A stretch of 37,422 bases of DNA from NCBI GenBank assembly GCA_020351185.1, contig CP070729.1:986915-1024336 (forward strand), in the 5' to 3' direction. The notes beneath the pieces are model-generated. The model was not told the origin of the DNA, did no database searches, and saw nothing but the letters and a program-made list of their open reading frames with translations. Positions within the stretch are counted from its first letter, which is position 1. Every line of letters starts with the position of its first letter. Shown here piece by piece: positions 8,881-16,160 of the stretch. A program made the translations under genes and the position numbers. This DNA is from Dehalococcoidia bacterium (GTDB lineage Bacteria; Chloroflexota; Dehalococcoidia; Dehalococcoidales; G020351185).

Positions 8881-9891
8881 ATGCACCGGGCGATGCTCCA
8901 TGAGAGCCTGCTGCAATCTAGAATACGCTGCAATATCTGCCAGTGGCGCTGCCAGATTGGTAAGGGCAAGGGTGGCGTTTGCAAGATGTACCGCAATATA
9001 GAGGGCATCCTGTATAACATGAATTACGCCCAAGTTTCTTCAGTCGCCATTGATCCTATTGAAAAGAAGCCTCTCTTTCATTTCTTTCCAGGTAGTTTGG
9101 CTTTTTCTATCGGTGGTTGGGGCTGTAATTTCCACTGTCAGGGTTGCCAGAATTGGCAGATATCATGTGTTGATATTCCGCAGCATGGACGACGGATTGA
9201 ACCCGAAGAAACTGTAAAGCTGACGAAGGAATACGACTGCCAAGGTATTGCTTGGACATATAATGAACCTACCATGTGGTTTGAATATACACTTGACTCC
9301 GCGCGACTGGCAAAAGAAAGCAATCTTTATACCGTCTATGTTACCAATGGCTATATGACGCCGCAGGCATTAGATACCATAGGTCCCTATTTGGATGCTT
9401 GGCGAGTGGATGTAAAGGGTTTCAGTGATAACCTTTATCGCAAACTGGCGGGGATAAACCACTGGCGCGGTATCCTTGAAGTTGCTATCAGAGCTAAAAA
9501 AAAATGGCAGATGCACATAGAGGTTATTACGAATATCATACCGGGTATGAATGATGACAAAACACAACTTGAAGGTATAGCTGACTGGATTTATGATAAA
9601 CTGGGAGAGCTCACTCCTTGGCACGTAACCCGCTTCTACCCCCATCATGAAATGGCAGACTCACCACCTACCCCAATATCCACGTTGGAGCGTGCCATTG
9701 ATATCGGTAGGAATGCCGGACTTAAATTCGTTTATCTGGGTAACGTGCCAGGGCATGGGGGAGAAAATACGACCTGCTATAACTGTGGTAATGTCATCGT
9801 TAAGAGGTACGGTTATCACGCAGAGGTAGTAGGTGTAAGAGGTTCTCAATGTAAGTTCTGCCGAGCAGAACTTAATATCAAAAAACTTTAG
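8881..9891 (+). CDS. AmmeMemoRadiSam system radical SAM enzyme
   Basis: 336 aa. N-terminal Cys cluster CNICQWRCQIGKGKGGVCKMYRN, DPIEKKPLFHFFPGS, the radical SAM motif CNFHCQGCQNWQIS, and the C-terminal CYNCG...CKFC. Confidence 0.85.
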   Translation: MHRAMLHESLLQSRIRCNICQWRCQIGKGKGGVCKMYRNIEGILYNMNYAQVSSVAIDPIEKKPLFHFFPGSLAFSIGGWGCNFHCQGCQNWQISCVDIPQHGRRIEPEETVKLTKEYDCQGIAWTYNEPTMWFEYTLDSARLAKESNLYTVYVTNGYMTPQALDTIGPYLDAWRVDVKGFSDNLYRKLAGINHWRGILEVAIRAKKKWQMHIEVITNIIPGMNDDKTQLEGIADWIYDKLGELTPWHVTRFYPHHEMADSPPTPISTLERAIDIGRNAGLKFVYLGNVPGHGGENTTCYNCGNVIVKRYGYHAEVVGVRGSQCKFCRAELNIKKL

Positions 9892-9894
9892 GGG

Positions 9895-11220
9895 GTGGTT
9901 ACTATGATAAGAGAAGCGGTAGTGGCGGGCAGGTTCTATCCAGCTTCACCGATTGAGCTCAGGGAAATGATAGCCAGTATGATTGATCAAATGGCGACAA
10001 AAGAAGATGTAATTGGGCTGGTATCGCCTCATGCTGGTTATATCTATTCTGGGCCTGTAACTGGTGCGACGATTTCTCGTGTCAGAATGAGAGATACCTT
10101 TATTATTCTAGGTCCAAACCACACGGGAATGGGTAAAGCTTTCAGTATTATGACCCAGGGTTTTTGGCGTACACCACTGGGTGATGTAGAGATAGATTCA
10201 GAGTTTGCTGGAAACATTGCAGCATTATCAAGCTATTTGGAAAAAGACAGTGATGCCCACCGCTACGAGCATTCCATAGAGGTTCAACTGCCTTTTCTGC
10301 AGTATTTAAAAAAAAATATTAAGTTCGTGCCGATTGTACTAGCCCAGGCTGACGGTACTGTATATAAGGAGATCGGGGAGGCAATAGCTGGAGCTGTAAA
10401 GAAAATAAAGAGAGAAGTTATCATTATAGCTTCCAGCGATATGACACACTACGAATCGCAGACTTCAGCAAAGGAGAAGGATAACCGAGCAATAGAAGCT
10501 ATGCTAGCGCTTAACGAGGATGAATTGATGGAGAAGGTTGAGAGATTAAAAATTTCAATGTGTGGCTATGCCCCCGTGATAAGCCTTATAACAGCCACAA
10601 AAGCACTGGGAGCGGACAAAGCCGAACTGGTAAGATACCAGACTAGTGGTGATACCACCGGCGATTATAGTTCCGTTGTCGGTTATGCTGGTTTAATATT
10701 TAAAAACTACAAGATGTCACCGATTGCGAAATTAGCAAAGGAGGCGGTGGAGACCTTTGTCAAGGATGGCAATATCATATCACCACCGGCTAAACCTACC
10801 ACCGAAATGAAAAAGAAAGCCGGGGTTTTTGTATCAATACATAAATTTGGCCAGTTGCGAGGCTGCATTGGTACTTTTGAGCCAGCACAGGAGGATATCG
10901 CTCGGGAAATAATAGCCAATGCCATTAGTTCAGCTACACGAGATCCCCGTTTTCCAACGATTACCACCAGTGAATTAGGTGATTTAAGATACAGTGTGGA
11001 TGTGTTGACAAAACCTGCGCCAGTGAAGGATAAAAATAGACTGAATCCAAAAAAGCACGGTGTGATAGTGGAGGGTAATTTGAGAAGAGGTTTATTACTG
11101 CCGGACCTGGAGGGAGTAGACACTGTCGAAAAACAGATTGATATCTGCTGCCAGAAAGCTGGTATAGATCCTGATGAGCCGGTGAATCTGTATTGTTTCT
11201 CGGTGAAGAGGTTTAAATAA
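9895..11220 (+). CDS. Fused Memo-like (AmmeMemoRadiSam protein B) / AMMECR1 (protein A) protein
   Basis: 441 aa. The N-terminal half has VAGRFYP, SPHAGYIYSG and LGPNHTG (Memo). The C-terminal roughly 170 aa has GVFVSIHKFGQLRGCIGTFEP and RDPRFP (AMMECR1). The start could be GTG 9895 or ATG 9904; the latter lies 8 nt after GGGGG. Confidence 0.85.
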   Translation: MVTMIREAVVAGRFYPASPIELREMIASMIDQMATKEDVIGLVSPHAGYIYSGPVTGATISRVRMRDTFIILGPNHTGMGKAFSIMTQGFWRTPLGDVEIDSEFAGNIAALSSYLEKDSDAHRYEHSIEVQLPFLQYLKKNIKFVPIVLAQADGTVYKEIGEAIAGAVKKIKREVIIIASSDMTHYESQTSAKEKDNRAIEAMLALNEDELMEKVERLKISMCGYAPVISLITATKALGADKAELVRYQTSGDTTGDYSSVVGYAGLIFKNYKMSPIAKLAKEAVETFVKDGNIISPPAKPTTEMKKKAGVFVSIHKFGQLRGCIGTFEPAQEDIAREIIANAISSATRDPRFPTITTSELGDLRYSVDVLTKPAPVKDKNRLNPKKHGVIVEGNLRRGLLLPDLEGVDTVEKQIDICCQKAGIDPDEPVNLYCFSVKRFK

Positions 11221-11238
11221 AATCAGCAAATGAGGTGA

Positions 11239-12573
11239 TTGAGAATGGATATGTTTGAGCATCAGTTTGAAAAGAAAAGATTGAGAGAAGCACCTCTGGC
11301 GGCACGAATGAGACCAACCGGCTTTGACGAGTTCGTTGGACAGGAACGCCTTGTGGGTAAACGGCGGGTTTTAAGACGGGCAATTGAATCAGGCAAGCTA
11401 CCATCAATTGTCCTGTGGGGACCGACAGGCTCCGGTAAAACTACACTCGCATTTATTATCGCTAGTGTTACCGAATCCCATTTTAGCCCGGTCTCTGCTG
11501 TTAGTGCTGGTGTTGCTGACTTGAGACGCATAATTGAGCAAACGACAGAGAATCGCAAGATACAACATAAGAGAACCATACTCTTTATAGATGAAATTCA
11601 CCGCTTCAACAAAGCACAACAGGATGCTATCCTACCCTTTGTTGAAGATGGCACTATAACGCTTATCGGGGCAACGACTGAAAATCCCTCTTTTGAGGTT
11701 ATTTCGCCACTACTTTCACGTTGTCAGGTTTTCAGATTAAATCCCCTTACTGCAGACGAACTCCGCATAATAATATTCAGAGCGTTGAAGGATGGATTGC
11801 GTGGCCTCGGTGCTTTGAAGGTAGAGCTAGCTGATGATGCTATGGAACATATTATTGCAATGTCAAATAATGACGCCAGAGCTGCCCTTAATATACTTGA
11901 AATGGCAGCACTAACCACGCCTGAAGGTGACAACGGTAAACGCTGTATTTCGTTGGAAACAATTGAAGAAGCCATTCAACAACGCTCCTTAACCTATGAC
12001 AAAGGTGGTGAACAGCACTTTGATACAATATCCGCCTTGCATAAATCAATGCGAGGTTCAGATCCAGATGCATCTATCTATTGGTTAGCGCGTATGCTGG
12101 AAGCAGGAGAAAATCCCCTATATATCGCCCGCCGTCTAGTGCGTTTTGCGTCTGAGGATGTCGGCATGGCTGATCCTCAGGCACTGGTAGTAGCTATGGC
12201 GGCACAGCAGGCAGTTCATTTTATCGGTATACCGGAAGGCAATCTGGCTCTAGCAGAGGCGGCGGTCTATCTTGCAACTGCCCCCAAGAGCAATTCCCTT
12301 TATCGAGCTTATTCACAAGTACAGGAAGAATTAAAAAAGGGCTCGGCTGAAGAGGTACCGCTGCACCTGAGGAATCCAGTAACATCTCTGATGAAGAATG
12401 TTGGCTATGGCAAAGGTTATAAATATGCCCATGACTACCCTGGTCATTTTGTAAAACAGCAAAATCTCCCCGATTCACTTAAGGATAAACGCTTCTATGC
12501 GCCTGGTGATCACGGCTACGAGAGACAAGTTGCCAAACGTCTGAAAAATTGGTGGCACGGAAGAGATTCTTAG
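11239..12573 (+). CDS. rarA: Replication-associated recombination protein A (AAA+ ATPase)
   Basis: 444 aa. [15 protein letters not shown], Walker [29 protein letters not shown], and the MgsA C-terminal domain ([26 protein letters not shown]). Confidence 0.92.
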   Translation: MRMDMFEHQFEKKRLREAPLAARMRPTGFDEFVGQERLVGKRRVLRRAIESGKLPSIVLWGPTGSGKTTLAFIIASVTESHFSPVSAVSAGVADLRRIIEQTTENRKIQHKRTILFIDEIHRFNKAQQDAILPFVEDGTITLIGATTENPSFEVISPLLSRCQVFRLNPLTADELRIIIFRALKDGLRGLGALKVELADDAMEHIIAMSNNDARAALNILEMAALTTPEGDNGKRCISLETIEEAIQQRSLTYDKGGEQHFDTISALHKSMRGSDPDASIYWLARMLEAGENPLYIARRLVRFASEDVGMADPQALVVAMAAQQAVHFIGIPEGNLALAEAAVYLATAPKSNSLYRAYSQVQEELKKGSAEEVPLHLRNPVTSLMKNVGYGKGYKYAHDYPGHFVKQQNLPDSLKDKRFYAPGDHGYERQVAKRLKNWWHGRDS

Positions 12574-12627
12574 ATTAGAGAATGAACAGCTGTTTATCCT
12601 GTCGGTAGGAGTAACTCTTTTATCTCC

Positions 12628-12657
12628 TTGACACCCCTTCCTGCCGGTGTTTATACT
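12628..12657 (+). promoter_or_regulatory. Putative sigma-70-type promoter for the tRNA gene
   Basis: TTGACA at 12628-12633, a 17-18 nt spacer, then TTATACT at 12651-12657. About 20 nt upstream of the mature tRNA 5' end. Confidence 0.5.
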
Positions 12658-12675
12658 AGTATTGTATAGTTTTAT

Positions 12676-12750
12676 CGCGGGGTGGAGCAGTGGAAGCTCG
12701 TCGGGCTCATAACCCGAAGGTCGTTGGTTCGAATCCAACCCCCGCTACCA
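12676..12750 (+). tRNA. tRNA-Met (CAT), initiator type, CCA encoded
   Basis: Hand-folded cloverleaf: acceptor CGCGGGG/CCCCGCT, D-stem GAGC/GCTC, anticodon arm TCGGG-CTCATAA-CCCGA, variable loop AGGTC, T-arm GTTGG-TTCGAAT-CCAAC, then ACCA. Initiator hallmarks are three G:C pairs closing the anticodon stem, A11:U24, and an unpaired 1:72 position (C1/U72). Near-identical in layout to E. coli tRNA-fMet as I recall it. Confidence 0.9.
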
Positions 12751-12764
12751 ATTATTGACGTCAT

Positions 12765-12784
12765 GAGGCGAAAGCCTCTTTTTT
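12765..12784 (+). terminator. Short terminator hairpin after the tRNA
   Basis: GAGGC-GAAA-GCCTC followed by TTTTTT (12779-12784). Confidence 0.5.
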
Positions 12785-12793
12785 ATTAGCGGT

Positions 12794-13006
12794 ATGAAAA
12801 TCATCTGTTACTGTTACAAATACACCGAAGCTGATATCAAAGACGATTTATTGAAAAACAATGGGCGTTCATCTATCCTGGAGCAGATAGTCGAAGAGGC
12901 GAGGAACAAGACGTGCCAGTGTGACATCTACCACCCCGAAAAAAGATGATGCCTTGAGGATATCCGCCGTGTAGTGGACAAATATAAAAAGAGTAAAAGG
13001 TTTTAA
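12794..13006 (+). CDS. Small Cys-rich BFD-like ([2Fe-2S]-type) protein with in-frame TGA; candidate selenoprotein (or recent nonsense pseudogene)
   Basis: Not in the ORF track. ATG at 12794. Translation: MKIICYCYKYTEADIKDDLLKNNGRSSILEQIVEEARNKTCQCDIYHPEKR-TGA(12947-12949)-CLEDIRRVVDKYKKSKRF-TAA. CxC...CxC...(U)C layout. The frame stays open and sensible for 18 codons after the TGA. Confidence 0.55.
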
Positions 13007-13007
13007 T

Positions 13008-13048
13008 GAAGGTCGTTAATTCGAATCAAACCCCCACTATTAATTATT
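13008..13048 (+). repeat. Degenerate copy 1 of the tRNA-fMet 3' end (att-like remnant)
   Basis: gaaggtcgttaattcgaatcaaacccccactattaattatt compared with tRNA 12716-12756 gaaggtcgttggttcgaatccaacccccgctaccaattatt. 35 of 41 positions are identical by manual alignment, including 6 nt 3' of the CCA. Confidence 0.75.
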
Positions 13049-13058
13049 TGAAAGTGGA

Positions 13059-13088
13059 ACACAGGTGAGAGAACCTGTGTCTTTTATT
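13059..13088 (+). terminator. Terminator-like hairpin following repeat copy 1
   Basis: ACACAGGT-GAGAGA-ACCTGTGT (8-bp stem) followed by CTTTTATT. Lies between the convergent genes ending at 13006 (+) and 13090 (-). Confidence 0.6.
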
Positions 13089-13089
13089 A

Positions 13090-13554
13090 CTAGAAGCATC
13101 CCAGCTGGCATCCGCTAATTTTGAGACCCTGAACGCTTGCTTCATTTGCAATAGTAATTGGTTTTAGCTTAAATTCTTGACCTAGTTCAAATATTTTTGT
13201 ACATGTAAGCTGATTGCTTTCTGCTAATGTCATAAGCATTGTAACAATTTCACCATCTAGACATTTATTTGCTGGATTATCATAAGTAGTCTTCTCTTTC
13301 TTGTAAAAACCAATCTGGCAATCGGTTATCCGGATACCTAATTTATCAGCAATTTCTCCTACGGCAATTTTAGTAACCCTCGCTTCCTTTGCTATATCCC
13401 ATGCAACGGGACAAGAAATATACCCATCTCCTAATGCAGCCTTAACCATGGATTCTAAATGGGCAAGCTCTTCTTTCGAGAGGTTGTCGGGGTTATTTGG
13501 TATTTGGATTCTTGCACTCTTTTTTACTCTACTGGCATCATTAAAATCTCTCAT
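13090..13554 (-). CDS. Hypothetical protein with two tandem Cys-bracketed HTH-like modules
   Basis: 154 aa. AGGAG lies 5 nt upstream of the ATG. Internal duplication: ISCPVAWDIAKEARVTKIAVGEIADKLGIRITDCQIGFY and LTCTKIFELGQEFKLKPITIANEASVQGLKISGCQLGCF. I do not recognise the family. Confidence 0.6.
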   Translation of the reverse strand: MRDFNDASRVKKSARIQIPNNPDNLSKEELAHLESMVKAALGDGYISCPVAWDIAKEARVTKIAVGEIADKLGIRITDCQIGFYKKEKTTYDNPANKCLDGEIVTMLMTLAESNQLTCTKIFELGQEFKLKPITIANEASVQGLKISGCQLGCF

Positions 13555-13663
13555 AATAACTCCTACAATTTATATAATAAGATTATATTACATAGCTAAT
13601 TAAATTGTATTTCATCAAGTGTATATAAGACTTTCTCGCTACAGGAAACAGCCTAGTAGTATT

Positions 13664-13696
13664 GTTGGTTCGAATCAAACCCACGCTACAAATTAT
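13664..13696 (+). repeat. Degenerate copy 2 of the tRNA-fMet 3' end
   Basis: gttggttcgaatcaaacccacgctacaaattat compared with tRNA 12723-12755. 30 of 33 identical by manual alignment. Followed by a hairpin plus T-run at about 13709-13739. Confidence 0.75.
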
Positions 13697-13762
13697 AGAA
13701 GTTGAGATCGCAGGTCTAGAGGCCTGTGTTATTTTTTTATCCAATATTTTAGGAAACCAAGA

Positions 13763-14290
13763 TTAGTACTTCTGCCATCCCATACCTTGTATTAAACCCC
13801 GTATATAAGACATCTGACCTGCATGCAAGAGACTGTCTTCTAAAACACTTATGATACGTACACCCACAGTCGGTAGCGGTTGAAACCAGGGTTCGTTAAG
13901 CTCTTTATCTAAGTCAGATTTAGATAAGGTTGTAAAGTATTTCATTGAGCGCCCCGAAACCGCTTTTTGGTAATCAAGCAAAATTTGTATATCTGGTGAT
14001 GTAAAATCTTTTAATTGTTCCGTATTATGACCAAATCCGATATCCCCTGGATCAGCTGGCCGGTTAAACCTTGTATACCATTTGTCTTTAATCCATAGTT
14101 GTTCCACTCCTATTAAAGAAGAAATTTGGGCATCCTGTTGACGTGTGAGATGCCAGGCAAGCCAACCTATACTATTGCTATCATCCTGAGGTTGCCAGTT
14201 GAGGTCATCATGTTTTAATCCTGTCAGAGTATGTTTCATGAATTCGTAAATTCGTGAGTAACCATCCTCGATTAAACCTTGCCACTCCAT
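13763..14290 (-). CDS. DinB-family protein
   Basis: 175 aa. Four-helix-bundle DinB pattern: L.GL..DDLNWQP....NSIGWLAWHLTR..D, and a C-terminal HAGQMSYIRGL. Confidence 0.75.
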   Translation of the reverse strand: MEWQGLIEDGYSRIYEFMKHTLTGLKHDDLNWQPQDDSNSIGWLAWHLTRQQDAQISSLIGVEQLWIKDKWYTRFNRPADPGDIGFGHNTEQLKDFTSPDIQILLDYQKAVSGRSMKYFTTLSKSDLDKELNEPWFQPLPTVGVRIISVLEDSLLHAGQMSYIRGLIQGMGWQKY

Positions 14291-14410
14291 ACGGTACCTT
14301 CCTTCGCATAAAAATATCGCTACAAAGAGTAGTGTGAACAGTTAAAATGATTGAACCTTGTGGATTCTTTTTACCATAGAGCTTACTTGAACCTCGGCTG
14401 CTAAACTTAA

Positions 14411-14438
14411 TTGGTTAGAATTCAATCCTCGGCACCAA
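14411..14438 (+). repeat. Possible third, most diverged copy of the tRNA 3' end
   Basis: ttggttagaattcaatcctcggcaccaa compared with ttggttcgaatccaacccccgctaccaa. Weaker similarity may extend upstream to about 14392 (tcggctgctaaactta versus tcgggctcataacccga). Confidence 0.4.
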
Positions 14439-14468
14439 AAGGATTACTTAGGATGATATCCAGAAACA

Positions 14469-14987
14469 TCATTGTTTAAAGATGCCTTCATTAGAGAATT
14501 TCTTGTTGCCCCTAAGGAAAACTATTGAGAAACGACCACCTTGTCTAAGCTTAGAAATCGCAATTTCAAAGTCAGATGCATTAGCAATATTCTGCATGTT
14601 TAATTCTGTAATAATATCATGAGGTTTCAAGCCTGTTCTTTGAGCGGTTGAATCTGGTTTAACACTACCGATGTATGCACCAAACACGGTACCTATTCCT
14701 TGTTGAGTAGTTATTTTACTAGCATCTGTTATAGAAACACCAAAAGAGATCTTTTGCTTTTGGTTGAGGGCTTTTTTCAATTTTACTTGATCGAAGCCAA
14801 CGATTGTTTGATCATTGATTATGGTAACCGGCACTCCCATTTTACCGGTTCTATTGATAAGTTCTCTTGCTGCGCAAGGATCGGCAGAAACATCACGTTT
14901 AGTGTAATCTATTTTTTGTTGCGAAAGGAAATCTTCCACCATATTACAGTAGGGTCATGTGGGGCTTGTGAAAATGGTTACATCCAA
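14469..14987 (-). CDS. Glutaredoxin-like (UPYC) - PDZ fusion protein with in-frame TGA; candidate selenoprotein
   Basis: The track ORF (14469-14942) starts after the active site. The same frame extends upstream to TTG 14987-14985, 8 nt after AGGAG (15000-14996). Translation: (M)DVTIFTSPT-TGA(14957-14955)-PYCNMVEDFLSQQKIDYTKRDV...GVPVTIINDQTIVGFD. The TGA sits exactly at the first Cys of the CPYC glutaredoxin motif. The C-terminal half has a PDZ-like pattern (GAYIGSVKPDSTAQRTGLKPHDIITELNMQNI...FSIVFLRGNKKF). Confidence 0.65.
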
Positions 14988-15235
14988 TTAAGTAACTCCT
15001 GCGTTATTTTTTAATAAAAGTATATTATAAAACTTGAACAAAAGATACATCGATAAGTATTTGCCATTATTGGATGAATAAAACCAGAAGTTCTAGGTTT
15101 ACCGCTAAACCGAGATCACTTTTTCGGATGATACTACAGATTAATACCATATGATCGATGTGATTTAAGTCATATACAATCAGCCATAAACTTAATAAAA
15201 TAATGTTAAGTTAAAAAAAGAAAGGAGACGTTGTT

Positions 15236-15724
15236 ATGAGCTTAATTATAAGAAGAAATGGTGGAGAGAGAGCTTTGGTACCGTTATTTAGTGCGCCGAG
15301 TGTGCTTGAGGAATTTGATGCACTTGCAAGGAAAACTTGGGATTACTGGCCATTTTCAACGATTGAAAATGTAATGCCAACGATTGATGTTTATGAGGAG
15401 AAAGGCGAGCTAGTAGTAAAGGCGGAATTACCTGGTATCAGTAAGGAGGACTTGGATGTAACCCTTGAGGGTGATAAGCTAACCATAAAAGCCGAGAAGC
15501 AGGAAGAGATAGCTGAGGAAACTACCCTACACAAACGCGAGCGCTATTATGGGCAGTATTTCCGTTCCGTTACACTACCTTATCCGGTTTTGGAAAATGG
15601 AATATCGGCTACAATGGAAAATGGTGTTCTTGAATTAAGGTTTACCAAGGCTGAAGAGGCGAGGGCTAAAAAGATCGAAATTAAGGGTCAGTTAACAAAA
15701 GGAAAAAAGAGAGCTAAGAAGTAA
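15236..15724 (+). CDS. Hsp20/alpha-crystallin small heat-shock protein
   Basis: 162 aa. AAAGGAGA RBS. Alpha-crystallin domain PTIDVYEEKGELVVKAELPGISKEDLDVTLEGDKLTIKAEK...ENGVLELRF. Confidence 0.9.
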   Translation: MSLIIRRNGGERALVPLFSAPSVLEEFDALARKTWDYWPFSTIENVMPTIDVYEEKGELVVKAELPGISKEDLDVTLEGDKLTIKAEKQEEIAEETTLHKRERYYGQYFRSVTLPYPVLENGISATMENGVLELRFTKAEEARAKKIEIKGQLTKGKKRAKK

Positions 15725-15747
15725 GGTTGAATAATTGGGAGATTGCC

Positions 15748-15780
15748 AAAGGCTGGGTTTCGGCCCAGCCTTTTGATTTC
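15748..15780 (+). terminator. Rho-independent terminator after hsp20
   Basis: AAAGGCTGGG-TTTCGG-CCCAGCCTTT followed by TGATTT. Confidence 0.7.
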
Positions 15781-15980
15781 CGAATATATATTGATGTCCT
15801 GTAACATTCTCACGAGGAATGTAAAATTTGTAGATATGGGGATAGTTTATCCGAGACGAATAATTATCGAAAACGATAAAGCGAAATCACAGAAAAATGT
15901 GATTTCTATTACATCCGTAAATGCATATCAATATTATATTACTTTAATATAGTTTATATATATTAACAGGAGTCAGGGTA

Positions 15981-16160
15981 ATGCCTTTATATGAGTATAG
16001 TTGTAATAAATGCGATCATATATTTGAAAAATTTAAAGAAACTGGTAGTAGTGCTGCAAGCGTAGTATGTCCAAAGTATGGTGTAAAGAATTCAAAGCGG
16101 ATTTATTCAATATTCAACAGCTTAAGTCAAAATTACATTCCACGGTTTAGTGGTGGTTGA
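15981..16160 (+). CDS. FmdB-family zinc-ribbon protein with a degenerate second Cys pair
   Basis: Not in the track (59 aa). AGGAG lies 9 nt upstream. MPLYEYSCNKCDHIFE...VVCPKYG. The family consensus is MP.YEY.C..C...FE....CP.CG; here the last Cys is Tyr (TAT). Confidence 0.6.
   Translation: MPLYEYSCNKCDHIFEKFKETGSSAASVVCPKYGVKNSKRIYSIFNSLSQNYIPRFSGG

Noticed and set aside
12475-12738. 87-aa minus-strand ORF
   Set aside because: It overlaps the rarA 3' end and runs antisense through the tRNA-fMet gene. The tRNA fold explains the region.
12947-14957. Genetic-code reassignment of TGA (Trp or Gly) instead of selenocysteine
   Set aside because: Conserved genes such as gatC, the NfeD-like gene and aroC terminate on TGA at the expected lengths. 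Both internal TGAs align with Cys positions, not with Trp or Gly.
15086-15094. AGAAGTTCT palindrome upstream of hsp20 as a heat-shock operator
   Set aside because: It is short and far from both divergent starts. It matches no bacterial heat-shock operator I know: neither CIRCE (TTAGCACTC-N9-GAGTGCTAA) nor the HAIR consensus is present.
15743-15952. 69-aa plus-strand ORF after hsp20
   Set aside because: It starts inside the hsp20 terminator hairpin, has no RBS and no recognisable motif, and has AT-rich low-complexity composition.
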